A program made the translations under genes and the position numbers. 64,000 nucleotides of DNA from a bacterium. GTDB taxonomy: Bacteria; Patescibacteriota; Microgenomatia; JAMCZE01. The notes under the pieces were generated by a model. That model was not told the DNA's origin. It saw only the letters and a list, made by a program, of their open reading frames with translations, and did not search any database. Numbering within the stretch: position 1 is the first letter of the stretch; each line of letters opens with the position of its first letter. This document shows, piece by piece, positions 29,221-38,676 of the stretch. The stretch lies in the NCBI GenBank assembly GCA_021836035.1, contig JAKBJL010000001.1, positions 287,765 through 351,764 of the forward strand, read 5' to 3'.

Positions 29221-30279
29221 TTAAATTTCTCCTAACTCCGGATAAACTTCTTTGAGGGTTTTTAAGAGCAGAGCTTTGGCTTCATTAAGTGGCTTGTTGA
29301 TGGGTGCACCCGCGGCAGACTTATGCCCCCCGCCACCGAGAACAATAGCTGCTTTTGATAGGTCCGGACCTTCGTATTCCCTTTTGCGGAAGTGGGCTTC
29401 TATCATATTCGGTGAGGACTCTACTAATTCAATGCCGATAATCCAACCCGGGACGGATTTCAAAGTGTTGGCGATTTCCAAACCGCTGATTTCGCTGCGG
29501 TTTAAACCCCGTTTACGGAGTTCTTCGTGGGGGATAACGGAGATAGCTACTTTCCCGGAGAAATAATGTTCGATGGAACTTAATGCCAGACTTAGATACT
29601 CCAGTTGTTTAGGATTGACGGAATTTTCGTAGTGGAAGATTATTTTAAAATAATCAGGGTAAATCTTGGCCAATTCGCTGGCGGCCAGAAAAGTGTCGGC
29701 GTTCGTGGGGGGATACTTAAAGCCCCCGGTATCTGTATAGATGCCGATAAGCAAACAGGCGGCAGCATCCGGAGTAATTTTCAATCTCCATAATTTTGCT
29801 AATTCATAAACCATCTGGCAGGTTGAGGAATAATTTGTATCTATCAGATTGATATCCGCGAAATTATCTTTATTGCGATGGTGATCAATTTTTACGGTTC
29901 GCAGATTGGGAGGGAATTTTATTTCCCCCTTTTTGGAAATTTGATTTAAGGCAGAACTATCCAAGACTATGAATAAATCGAAGTCATTTAAGTCAATCTT
30001 AAAAATGTTTTTTGGGACAATATCTTTAAAACCGGGCATGGCGGACATGGCGGCTGAAGGAATAGAATCTCCGGAGATAACAGTTACCTCTTTTTGGGCG
30101 TTTTTCAGGAGATGCATCAAACCCAGAGCGCTTCCCATACTGTCGGGATCGGGGTTGGGATGACAATGCAGCAGTATTTTTTTGGCTTTCTTTATCTCCT
30201 GCCAAATCTCCGGTGCCAGTTTTTTTACTTTTTCCGACATAGCTAATTTTATCGTAATCATAGTCTGTATGCCAGACAA
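29221..30279 (-). CDS. DHH-family phosphoesterase (NrnA-like bifunctional oligoribonuclease/pAp phosphatase)
   Basis: DHH motifs HCHPNPDPDSMGSALGL and DHH-like residues. The DHHA1 domain ends with GGGHKSAAGA. Confidence 0.8.
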   Translation of the reverse strand: MSGIQTMITIKLAMSEKVKKLAPEIWQEIKKAKKILLHCHPNPDPDSMGSALGLMHLLKNAQKEVTVISGDSIPSAAMSAMPGFKDIVPKNIFKIDLNDFDLFIVLDSSALNQISKKGEIKFPPNLRTVKIDHHRNKDNFADINLIDTNYSSTCQMVYELAKLWRLKITPDAAACLLIGIYTDTGGFKYPPTNADTFLAASELAKIYPDYFKIIFHYENSVNPKQLEYLSLALSSIEHYFSGKVAISVIPHEELRKRGLNRSEISGLEIANTLKSVPGWIIGIELVESSPNMIEAHFRKREYEGPDLSKAAIVLGGGGHKSAAGAPINKPLNEAKALLLKTLKEVYPELGEI

Positions 30280-30300
30280 GGTGCATAGTACAATATATTT

Positions 30301-31080
30301 ATGCGCAAATATTTACAAGTTTTTTATCTTTCGTCACAGATAGTGCTCGAGTACCGGATGAATATGATGTGGAGACTAAGCGGCCATATCGTTACGGTTC
30401 TGCTAACATTTTTACTATGGTCGGCTATATTAGGTTCGGGATTTGGACTTGATAAGTATACCCAGTCGTCCTTAGCTGTCTATTATGTTTCCATTATGCT
30501 GGTTACTGTTGTCTCCGAATATAACTATCATTTAATGACAGATGATATACGTTATGGTAATCTATCAATTCATCTCCTGAAACCGTACAATTATTTCCTG
30601 AAAGTATTTATCGAAGCGCTCCCCGTTAAGATTATTTCCTTAGTAGTTTTTTTGGTCGTGTTTGCATCCCTGGCAACGGGAGGTTTATTTAAAATAGTAA
30701 CTTTTGGATTTTTGGCTGCTTTATTCTCTTTGGCTCTAGCCACCGCTATGCGCTATTTTATTATTTTAGCAATCGGTGGTTTGGCCTTTTGGTTTAATCG
30801 CGTACACGGGTTTCATGCGCTCGTTTTTGTTGCTGGAGGAATATTTTCCGGCGAACTCATTCCGGCAGATCTCCTCCCTCATAAACTGGCCGCAATTTCT
30901 AATTACCTCCCCTTCAAATATCTTGTTTACATACCGGCTCATTATTTTATCCACGCTCCTCAATTAAATGAGTTTACAGGGAATATTATCGCTCAATTTT
31001 TTTGGATCCTTATCTGTTATTTTGTGGCTAAATATATCTGGTTCAAAGGTCTTAGAGAATACGAAAGTGCAGGGAGATAA
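30301..31080 (+). CDS. ABC-2-type exporter permease, type A (paralog 2)
   Basis: Homolog of 24068..24862 and 34155..34952, with the shared N-terminus and LPFKYL.Y.P motif. Confidence 0.65.
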   Translation: MRKYLQVFYLSSQIVLEYRMNMMWRLSGHIVTVLLTFLLWSAILGSGFGLDKYTQSSLAVYYVSIMLVTVVSEYNYHLMTDDIRYGNLSIHLLKPYNYFLKVFIEALPVKIISLVVFLVVFASLATGGLFKIVTFGFLAALFSLALATAMRYFIILAIGGLAFWFNRVHGFHALVFVAGGIFSGELIPADLLPHKLAAISNYLPFKYLVYIPAHYFIHAPQLNEFTGNIIAQFFWILICYFVAKYIWFKGLREYESAGR

Positions 31081-31083
31081 ATA

Positions 31084-31844
31084 ATGGGAAAATACTTCCG
31101 CTATTATTTTCGCTTGTTTGGTATGAATTTAATGGATGAGATGGCGAATCGGGAGAATTTTTTCGCCTGGTTTGTTATTCACTCGCTATCGCTTCTTACC
31201 TATATTTTGTTTTTTGAAATCATCTTTTCGCAGGTGAGTGTAATAAACGGTTGGACCAAGTACCAGGTGATGCTCGTCCTGGGTATTGGGTCACTTATTA
31301 CCGGATTAGGATCGATGACTTTCTTCTCGTTTATGTATTCCTTCGCGCGGGATATTGCCAATGGAGATTTTGATTATAAATTGGCAAAGCCTTTGGACAT
31401 CCATTTCCTTTCTGCGTTCTGCTGGGTAGATTTGGAAGATATCATTGTCGTGCCCAACTCCATAATCTTAATTATTTATTTTGGTTAGGGATTCCTCTTT
31501 TTATAATTTTGCTGACCAGCTCGTTATTTTTTCTTTTCTCCATTCTTACCCTGATCGAGACTTTGGCGTTCAAATTTATCCAGGTGAATTCTGCCCGGGA
31601 TTTATTTTGGGCTTTCGTGAATACAGGGAAATACCCGGCTAAGTCTATTTCCCGCATCTCCATATTGGCCGCAATTATTTTACTGCCGGTGGCGCTTATG
31701 TCCTCTGTACCGGCCGAGGCGCTAATGGGCCGTTTTGAATGGAATTGGATTCTCGGGTCAATTGGAATTACGGCGATATTATTCATCTTCAGCCGGAAAG
31801 TATTTCTGTATGGTTTGAAGCGCTATTCTTCTGCCAGTTCCTAG
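31084..31844 (+). pseudogene. ABC-2-type exporter permease, type B (paralog 2), interrupted by a frameshift near 31488-31509
   Basis: 31084..31488 aligns to the N-terminal half of the type-B permeases (DFDYKLAKPLD vs EFDFDLVKPVH) and 31509..31844 to the C-terminal half (ends LKRYSSASS). The two are in different frames, joined in a T-rich stretch. Confidence 0.5.
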
Positions 31845-31975
31845 CAGAAGAAGCAACTGAAGTTTATCTTCTTCGACCGGTTTCTAGCGCCGGGAAGGAT
31901 AAACATTGGGAGCAAACAGCTAGCGATAATTGCCCAGCGCGCGCGCGACATTTATTGATTATAGTTTAGGGATTT

Positions 31976-33094
31976 TTACGATTTTTGGAGTTTAACAACT
32001 ACCGAATCGGTATCCGGCGTAGGGTAAAAAAAGGAACGAGAGAGGTTAAATTGTTCCTGAATAATATAACGGCGGTTGAAATTACTCTTTTCCCATCTGC
32101 GAATTATTTTAGCGGGGAGAATGAGGACCGCGGTTTCAAAACGGAGGTTAGCCAGCTTAAAAAGCACCGGCCCGGCGGAAGAATAGGGAAGATTAGAAAT
32201 TACTTTATTAAATTTGAACGGCGGTTTCTTAGTGCGGAACAACTTAAAGAAATCTTCATAGATTATTTCGACATTTTTCGGTAGTCGGTTTAGCGCCGGA
32301 CGGAATTGAGGATCAATTTCGACGGCGATAATTTTTTCCGCTTTCTCCGCTATTTTCTGAGAAAGTGAACCCAAGCCAGGGCCGATCTCCAAAACTACAT
32401 CCTGCCTTTTCAGTTCTGCCAGGCCAACGACGCGATCAATAATTGCGGAGTCGGTCAGGAAATATTGACTTTTTAAGGGGTCGGGTAGAATTTTGTATTC
32501 CCGCAGAGTGCTTTGGATACTTTCCAGTAAATCATTTGCCAAAGCGAAATTGTTTTGGGACCTTAATACTTTGTATGGTAATTTTTCGCTGACTGTCGAG
32601 ACATTACCGAAATACTTTTCCATTTGGTCTTCCAGGCGATAAGTGGAATTAATAACGGCATAAAATGCACCGTTTTCGTTGAGATGATGCCGGGCAAATT
32701 TTACCAGAAACGGGATTACCGAGATATTTTTCGTCCAGGGGGGATTAGTAATAATTAAGTCAAATTTTTGAGGAAAAGCGGAATAGGTTACATCGCCTTT
32801 TAAAACTTTCGCGTTTTTAATTAGATTTAACTTTAAATTCTTTTCGGTGCAGGCTAAAGCCTTCGGGTCATTATCCAGCAGATAAACAAATTTATCCGGG
32901 TAAAGTTTAGCTAAGATGATTCCCATCGCTCCCCAGCCACAGCCTAAATCCAGAAGCGTGCGGATATTTTCTGCCGGGCGAATTGAATCCAATAGTATTC
33001 GGCTCCCCTGGTCCAGCTGGTTGGGAGAGAACAGAGAGCTTTCGGTTGCAAATTGGAATTCCTGTCCGCCGCAGCGAACTTTTATCTCCCGCAT
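31976..33094 (-). CDS. two-domain SAM-dependent methyltransferase: N-terminal RsmC/MTS-like (NPPW) fused to C-terminal KsgA/Dim1-like rRNA adenine dimethyltransferase-like domain
   Basis: N-half: LLDLGCGWGAMGIILA (motif I) and FDLIITNPPW (motif IV). C-half: FLTDSAIIDRVVGLAELKRQDVVLEIGPGLGSLSQKI...KVISNLPYSS is a KsgA-type motif set. Confidence 0.65.
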   Translation of the reverse strand: MREIKVRCGGQEFQFATESSLFSPNQLDQGSRILLDSIRPAENIRTLLDLGCGWGAMGIILAKLYPDKFVYLLDNDPKALACTEKNLKLNLIKNAKVLKGDVTYSAFPQKFDLIITNPPWTKNISVIPFLVKFARHHLNENGAFYAVINSTYRLEDQMEKYFGNVSTVSEKLPYKVLRSQNNFALANDLLESIQSTLREYKILPDPLKSQYFLTDSAIIDRVVGLAELKRQDVVLEIGPGLGSLSQKIAEKAEKIIAVEIDPQFRPALNRLPKNVEIIYEDFFKLFRTKKPPFKFNKVISNLPYSSAGPVLFKLANLRFETAVLILPAKIIRRWEKSNFNRRYIIQEQFNLSRSFFYPTPDTDSVVVKLQKS

Positions 33095-33159
33095 AGCAGC
33101 AGTATAACAAAAATACCGACGGGTTCTTGATAATCGTCTAGTGCTAGAGCATAATTTTA

Positions 33160-34158
33160 GTGTCTATGGCGCTTATTGAGGTAAAATACCTTTCCAAATA
33201 TTATCAGGTGCACCAAAAAGAGCCCGGGCTTACCGGGTCTATCCGGAGTTTGTTTCATCGGAAATATTATGACGTTAAAGCGGTTGATGGTGTCTCTTTT
33301 ACTATCGATGAAGGTGAACTGGTTGGTTTTATCGGGCCTAACGGCGCCGGGAAAACTACTACCCTGAAAACACTGTCCGGGCTGTTGTACCCGACCGGCG
33401 GGGAAGTTTCCGTTCTGGGTTATATTCCCTGGAAGCGCCAGCCGGAATTCCAGAAGCAGTTTGCCCTAGTGATGGGCCAAAAAAACCAACTTTGGTGGGA
33501 TCTTCCGGCAATCGAGAGTTTTATTCTAAACAAAGAAATTTACGAGGTACCGAAAGAGAAATATGAAACCACACTTAATGAATTAGCGGAACTATTAGAT
33601 GTGAAAGATCTACTAAAAGTCCAGGTGCGCAAGCTTTCCTTAGGAGAAAGGATGAAAATGGAGCTAATCGCGGCTTTGATTCATAGTCCCAAAGTCTTAT
33701 TTTTAGATGAACCGACAATTGGCTTGGATGTCGTCGCCCAGAAGAAAATGCGCGATTTTATTAAAGTTTACAACCAGAAATACCGTTCGACGATTATTCT
33801 TACCAGCCACTACATGGATGATGTCAAAGAGTTATGCAAAAGAGTTATTATTATTGATCACGGGAAAGTCCTTTTTGACGGTTTGCTCGAAGATATCGTC
33901 AGGAAATATGCCGATCATAAAAATATCACAGTCATTCTCGACCGGGAACTGGACCGCCGGCAAATTGAACATCTGGAAACTCTCGGCGGGGTGAGGGAAT
34001 TTATTTATCCGAAATTAATTCTGCAGGTACCGCGGGAAAATTCCAACAGGGTGGCGTCCAAATTGCTGCAAAGCTACCCGGTCGCGGACCTAAATATTGA
34101 AGAGTCGGAAATAGAGGATATTATTAGGGAGGTATTTACCGGCAAAGATATGGCATGA
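33160..34158 (+). CDS. ABC transporter ATP-binding protein (COG4586-like)
   Basis: Walker A GPNGAGKTTT. Signature LSLGERMKMEL. Walker B VLFLDEPT. H-loop. C-terminal extra domain. Confidence 0.85.
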   Translation: MSMALIEVKYLSKYYQVHQKEPGLTGSIRSLFHRKYYDVKAVDGVSFTIDEGELVGFIGPNGAGKTTTLKTLSGLLYPTGGEVSVLGYIPWKRQPEFQKQFALVMGQKNQLWWDLPAIESFILNKEIYEVPKEKYETTLNELAELLDVKDLLKVQVRKLSLGERMKMELIAALIHSPKVLFLDEPTIGLDVVAQKKMRDFIKVYNQKYRSTIILTSHYMDDVKELCKRVIIIDHGKVLFDGLLEDIVRKYADHKNITVILDRELDRRQIEHLETLGGVREFIYPKLILQVPRENSNRVASKLLQSYPVADLNIEESEIEDIIREVFTGKDMA

Positions 34159-34952
34159 GGAAATACCTGACTGTCTTTACCGTTTCCTGGCAGAACGGTT
34201 TTGTTTATCGTCTTAACTTTCTCCTTTGGCGCCTTCGCAGTGTTATTGTAATTATCACTGTCTACTACTTCTGGGATGCGGTTTTTAGAAACGGCGGGGT
34301 AATTTTTGGCTATACCCGGGATAAAATTCTTACTTATGTTTTTCTGACTTTAATTTTGCGTTCTTTAATTTTGGGGCAGAGAAGTATGGACGCGGCCGGG
34401 GAAATATCTGACGGCAGACTTTCAAATTATCTGCTGAAACCGTTAAACTACCATTTCTATTGGTTTACCAGAGATCTGGCGGATAAGTTGTTAAATATGG
34501 CTTTTTCGGTTATAGAGATAATTCTTTTATACTTTATCCTTCAGCCGCCCGTTTTTCTGCAGACCAACATATTTATCTTAATTTATTTTCTCCTGACGGT
34601 AATTTTGGCGGTTATCCTGAATTATCTGCTCGGTAACGCGTCTTCTTATTTTTCTTTTTGGACACCCGGGAATGCCTGGGGCTTTTGGTTTCTTTACCTT
34701 GTCTTTCAGGATTTTCTCGGGGGAGTTGCTTTTCCCTTGGATATATTTCCGAAAGCGGCTTATGGCCTCATAATGTTGCTGCCGTTCCCTTATCTGCTTT
34801 ATTATCCGGCGAACATTTATTTAGGAAAAATTAGCGGAGCTGATATTTTTCAAGGATTTATTATTATGCTTTTTTGGATAGGGATTATTATCTGGTTGCT
34901 GCGGCAGGAATGGCGCTGGGGGTTAAAGAACTATCAGGCGGAGGGACGATAA
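34155..34952 (+). CDS. ABC-2-type exporter permease, type A (paralog 3, adjacent to ATPase)
   Basis: 4-nt overlap with the ATPase gene. 6 TMs. Homologous to 24068 and 30301. Confidence 0.7.
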   Translation: MRKYLTVFTVSWQNGFVYRLNFLLWRLRSVIVIITVYYFWDAVFRNGGVIFGYTRDKILTYVFLTLILRSLILGQRSMDAAGEISDGRLSNYLLKPLNYHFYWFTRDLADKLLNMAFSVIEIILLYFILQPPVFLQTNIFILIYFLLTVILAVILNYLLGNASSYFSFWTPGNAWGFWFLYLVFQDFLGGVAFPLDIFPKAAYGLIMLLPFPYLLYYPANIYLGKISGADIFQGFIIMLFWIGIIIWLLRQEWRWGLKNYQAEGR

Positions 34953-34956
34953 GCAT

Positions 34957-35736
34957 ATGAAAAGATATTTAATAATTTGGCTGCGGATGACCCTAAACTC
35001 CTTTCAGACAATATTAGCTTCGCGGTTCGGAATAATTATTTTTATTTTCGGAAAACTATTACGGTTTGGCCTATATCTTACCTTTATCTATTTTCTTTAT
35101 ACGGGGACTAAGGGTGTTGTTGGTTATGACCGCAATAAAATGTTGTTATTTTTACTTAATTTTTCCTTTCTGGGGGCTGTTGGCCAAATGCTTTTCCGGG
35201 AAGCTTATCGCTTCCGCACCAAATTGGTTTCTGGAGAATTTGATTTCGATTTGGTTAAACCGGTGCATCCGCTGCTAAAAAATCTCGCAGGTGGATTCGA
35301 CTTGTTGGATCTGCTGACGATGCCGGTATTTATTTACGTACTTTACAAAGTTTTAAGTCTGATTAATTTTAATACCTCTCAATTTATATTTTATGGGCTG
35401 TTATTTATGAATGGCTTAATGATTATGTTTGCTATCCACGTATCGGTTTTAGCTTTCGGAATTATTACCACCGAAGTGGACCATTTGGTGATGGTTTACC
35501 GCGACCTCGAAACCATGGGGCGGTTTCCGGTAGACATTTACCGCGAACCGCTCCGGCAGTTTTTGACTTTTGCCGTCCCCGTAGGCATAATGTTCACTTT
35601 TCCCGTCAAGGCAATTCTGGGATTGCTCTCCTGGCAGGGAATGCTGGCTGCTTTTATTTTGGGAGGGTTGAGCTGTTACTTTTCATTGAGGTTTTGGAAT
35701 TTTGCCGTTATGAAATATTCTTCTGCGAGTAGTTGA
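34957..35736 (+). CDS. ABC-2-type exporter permease, type B (paralog 3)
   Basis: Homologous to 24852 and 31084/31509. Ends KYSSASS. Confidence 0.7.
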   Translation: MKRYLIIWLRMTLNSFQTILASRFGIIIFIFGKLLRFGLYLTFIYFLYTGTKGVVGYDRNKMLLFLLNFSFLGAVGQMLFREAYRFRTKLVSGEFDFDLVKPVHPLLKNLAGGFDLLDLLTMPVFIYVLYKVLSLINFNTSQFIFYGLLFMNGLMIMFAIHVSVLAFGIITTEVDHLVMVYRDLETMGRFPVDIYREPLRQFLTFAVPVGIMFTFPVKAILGLLSWQGMLAAFILGGLSCYFSLRFWNFAVMKYSSASS

Positions 35737-35752
35737 TGGTAAAATAAGCCTC

Positions 35753-36937
35753 GTGACTTACTTCATTCAGACTTTCGGCTGCGCAGCCAATACGGCGGAT
35801 TCGGAAAGGATTGCCACGATGCTCCGGGATAAAGGTATAAAGCCCGCCCGGTCCGTCGAAACCGCGGACTATGTTGTTATTAATACCTGTATGGTGCGGG
35901 AGAGCGCGGAGAATCGGGTATACGGTTTACTGCATAATTTGCAACAACAAAAAAAAAGCGTCGGCCCGCAGCTGATCCGTCTCTGGCGGAAAGAACAAAA
36001 AATAATCCTGACCGGTTGCTTGGTAGGGATGGCAGTCAGAGACGGGAGCGGGAAAACGATGAAGCGGTTGCGTAGAAAGTTTCCCATGGTAGACGAATTT
36101 CTACCGATTGAGGAGGTGGGTTTTGACATCTTACCGCTAAGGCAGGATAAAATTCAGGCCTTAGTGCCGATTTCTAACGGCTGTAATAACTTCTGCACCT
36201 ATTGTGTCGTTCCCTTTACCCGGGGGCGGGAAAAGAGCAGGCCGTATGCGGAAATAACGGCTGAATGTTTAAAGCTTAAAGCCAAAGGTTATCAGCAGGT
36301 AACGCTGGTAGGGCAGAATGTAAATAGTTATGGATCCGACATTATAAAAGGGGTTGGGGGTCGGGGACTAGGGGCTATAAATACAATAAAAATTTGCAGG
36401 AAGGAGATTAAACCCGTGATGGTGAAATCGATGGGGAAAAACAGAATTCCGACCCTGTTCCCTTATCTTTTGGAAGATATCGCCAAAATGGGATTCGGGA
36501 GAGTGGATTTTATTTCTAGTAATCCCTGGGATTTTTCGCCGGAGCTGATAAGGATAATTGCCGGCAACCCGAACATCAGCCGGGAAATTCATCTCCCGGT
36601 ACAGTCGGGAGATAATGAAATCCTGAAGAAAATGAATCGTTTTTATACGCGCGAAGAATATTTGCAGTTAGTTAAGGGTTTAAAGTCTAAAATTAAAAGC
36701 TTAAAGTTATCGACGGATATTATTGTGGGGTTTCCGGGAGAAACTAAAGTACAATTCCACAATACCGTGGATCTATGTAAAAAAGTCGGCTTTTATAAAG
36801 CTTACATTTCCGAATATTCCGATCGGCCGATGACTGCTGCCCATAAGCTTTACAGGGATGATATTGCTCCCCGGGAGAAAAAGCGCCGCTGGCTCGTCTT
36901 AGAAAGGTTAATTAACCGCCAATTTCGAAATAGCTAG
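35753..36937 (+). CDS. radical-SAM methylthiotransferase, MiaB/RimO family (MiaB-like)
   Basis: N-terminal MTTase domain FGCAANTADSE. Radical SAM cluster SNGCNNFCTYC. Adjacent to miaA. Divergent insertions and no clear TRAM motif. Confidence 0.7.
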   Translation: MTYFIQTFGCAANTADSERIATMLRDKGIKPARSVETADYVVINTCMVRESAENRVYGLLHNLQQQKKSVGPQLIRLWRKEQKIILTGCLVGMAVRDGSGKTMKRLRRKFPMVDEFLPIEEVGFDILPLRQDKIQALVPISNGCNNFCTYCVVPFTRGREKSRPYAEITAECLKLKAKGYQQVTLVGQNVNSYGSDIIKGVGGRGLGAINTIKICRKEIKPVMVKSMGKNRIPTLFPYLLEDIAKMGFGRVDFISSNPWDFSPELIRIIAGNPNISREIHLPVQSGDNEILKKMNRFYTREEYLQLVKGLKSKIKSLKLSTDIIVGFPGETKVQFHNTVDLCKKVGFYKAYISEYSDRPMTAAHKLYRDDIAPREKKRRWLVLERLINRQFRNS

Positions 36938-37702
36938 TCTGCCCCCCAAAAAGGTTTTCGCTAAGGCTGCCGATTTCCGGGGATCATCGGAAGTGAAGAA
37001 TATCTGTGTCCCCCGGGACCTATCGGATAACAAATTATTGGCTGCCAGCAGTTCTTTTAAAGCCCGGGCGGTAGGTTTAGCGGAATCGACGATGGTAAAT
37101 TTATTGCCCAGAAAACCGGCGATTTTTTCCCGCAGAAGAGGGTAATGGGTACAACCCAGAATCAAAGTGTCAAGGGCATCGTTTTTTATTTCCGCCAGAT
37201 AATCGGCGATCATAAGGTCGGCAACGGGATGGGAAAATAAACCCTCTTCAATAATAGGAACCAAGAGCGGCGTGGCTTTGGCTTTTATCCGGACCGACGG
37301 TAAATATTTATGCAGGGTTCGGGCGTAAATGCCGCTATTTATGGTGGCGGTGGTGCCGATGACCGCCAGGGATTGCGATTGGGTTAGCCGTAAGGCTTCG
37401 CTAACCGTAGGTTCAATAACGCCGAGGACCGGAAGGGGGCTGAGTTTTTTAATTTCCGGAAGACTTGTAGCCGAAATGGTATTGCACGCAATGACAAGCG
37501 CCTTGACGTTTTTTTGGAGCAGGATTTTTGCCAATTGAACGGCAAATGTTTTAATAGTTCCCGGACTGCGGGTACCATAAGGAACCCTGGCGGTATCACC
37601 AAGGTAGATAAGTTTTTCCCGCGGCAAAATGTTCCGGATTTCCTTGACTACCGTTAGTCCTCCGATCCCCGAATCAAAAATCCCTACCGGCCGGCTATCC
37701 AT
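36908..37702 (-). CDS. murI: glutamate racemase
   Basis: VGIFDSGIGGLTV N-terminus. Catalytic Cys motifs ACNT and GCTHYP. 30-nt convergent overlap with the miaB-like gene. Confidence 0.88.
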   Translation of the reverse strand: MDSRPVGIFDSGIGGLTVVKEIRNILPREKLIYLGDTARVPYGTRSPGTIKTFAVQLAKILLQKNVKALVIACNTISATSLPEIKKLSPLPVLGVIEPTVSEALRLTQSQSLAVIGTTATINSGIYARTLHKYLPSVRIKAKATPLLVPIIEEGLFSHPVADLMIADYLAEIKNDALDTLILGCTHYPLLREKIAGFLGNKFTIVDSAKPTARALKELLAANNLLSDRSRGTQIFFTSDDPRKSAALAKTFLGGRLAISKLAVN

Positions 37703-37719
37703 AGTGTAGAATATAGCAT

Positions 37720-38676
37720 ATGGATAAGCTTTTGGTAATTACCGGGCCGACCGCTACCGGGAAAACCGCTTTGGGGTTAGAACTGGCCCGCAAATTTAAC
37801 GGCGAAATTCTCTCGGCAGACAGCCGGCAGGTTTATCGGGGGATGGATATCGGGACGGGAAAAGACCTGCCGGAAAATTCAAAATTTGAAATTCGGAATT
37901 TGAAAATAGGAGCGCCGTCGGGGGTCACTTTCGGATTTTACCGTATTGCCGGAGTTCCCGTGTGGGGTTTGGATATTGTAGAGCCAGATTATCCTTTTAA
38001 TGTTTCCGATTATGTCGATTATGCCAACGCTGTAATAACTGATATCCAAAATAGAAATAAACTGCCTATTATTATCGGTGGTACCGGGCATTATATAAAG
38101 GAATTGTTAAGTCCTTCAGAAACACTGCATATTCCTCCGGACCCCAAGTTAAGAAACAAGCTGAAAAATTTTTCGCTTGCAGAACTCCAGCAGGAATTAA
38201 TTGCCATTGGCAGGGATAAATGGGAATCGATGAACAACTCGGATCGAAATAATCCCAGGAGATTGGTACGGGCCATAGAAGTGGCGGAGCAAAAAAGCCC
38301 CTTGGGCTGGCGATCTTCCCCCGCCAATCGGCGGGGTGCGGGTCTAAAAAAATTACCAATAAGAAAAACCTTGATTATTGGTTTATGGGCGCCATATGAT
38401 TTTCTTTACAAGCGGATAGATAAGCGCGTAGATGAAAGGGTAGCGGGTGGGATGGCAGAGGAGAAAATAAAATTACGGAAATACAAGTCGCTGCCTAATA
38501 CCTTGGGATATAAAAATGAAGCGCTGCAGAAATGGAAATTTGCGGAACACGCTTATGCCCGCAGACAGATGACCTGGTGGCGGAAGCAGCCCGATATCAA
38601 CTGGCTGGATATTTCCCGGGGGAACATTCCCGCGGCGGCGGAGAACCTTATTGATAAATGGTATAATGGAGCCTAA
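37720..38676 (+). CDS. miaA: tRNA dimethylallyltransferase
   Basis: P-loop GPTATGKT. SADSRQVYRGMDIGTGK motif. Confidence 0.88.
   Translation: MDKLLVITGPTATGKTALGLELARKFNGEILSADSRQVYRGMDIGTGKDLPENSKFEIRNLKIGAPSGVTFGFYRIAGVPVWGLDIVEPDYPFNVSDYVDYANAVITDIQNRNKLPIIIGGTGHYIKELLSPSETLHIPPDPKLRNKLKNFSLAELQQELIAIGRDKWESMNNSDRNNPRRLVRAIEVAEQKSPLGWRSSPANRRGAGLKKLPIRKTLIIGLWAPYDFLYKRIDKRVDERVAGGMAEEKIKLRKYKSLPNTLGYKNEALQKWKFAEHAYARRQMTWWRKQPDINWLDISRGNIPAAAENLIDKWYNGA

Noticed and set aside
31949-31958. (CG)5 alternating tract CGCGCGCGCG
   Set aside because: Too short to call a repeat feature. Likely incidental in the intergenic region between the permease pseudogene and the methyltransferase gene.
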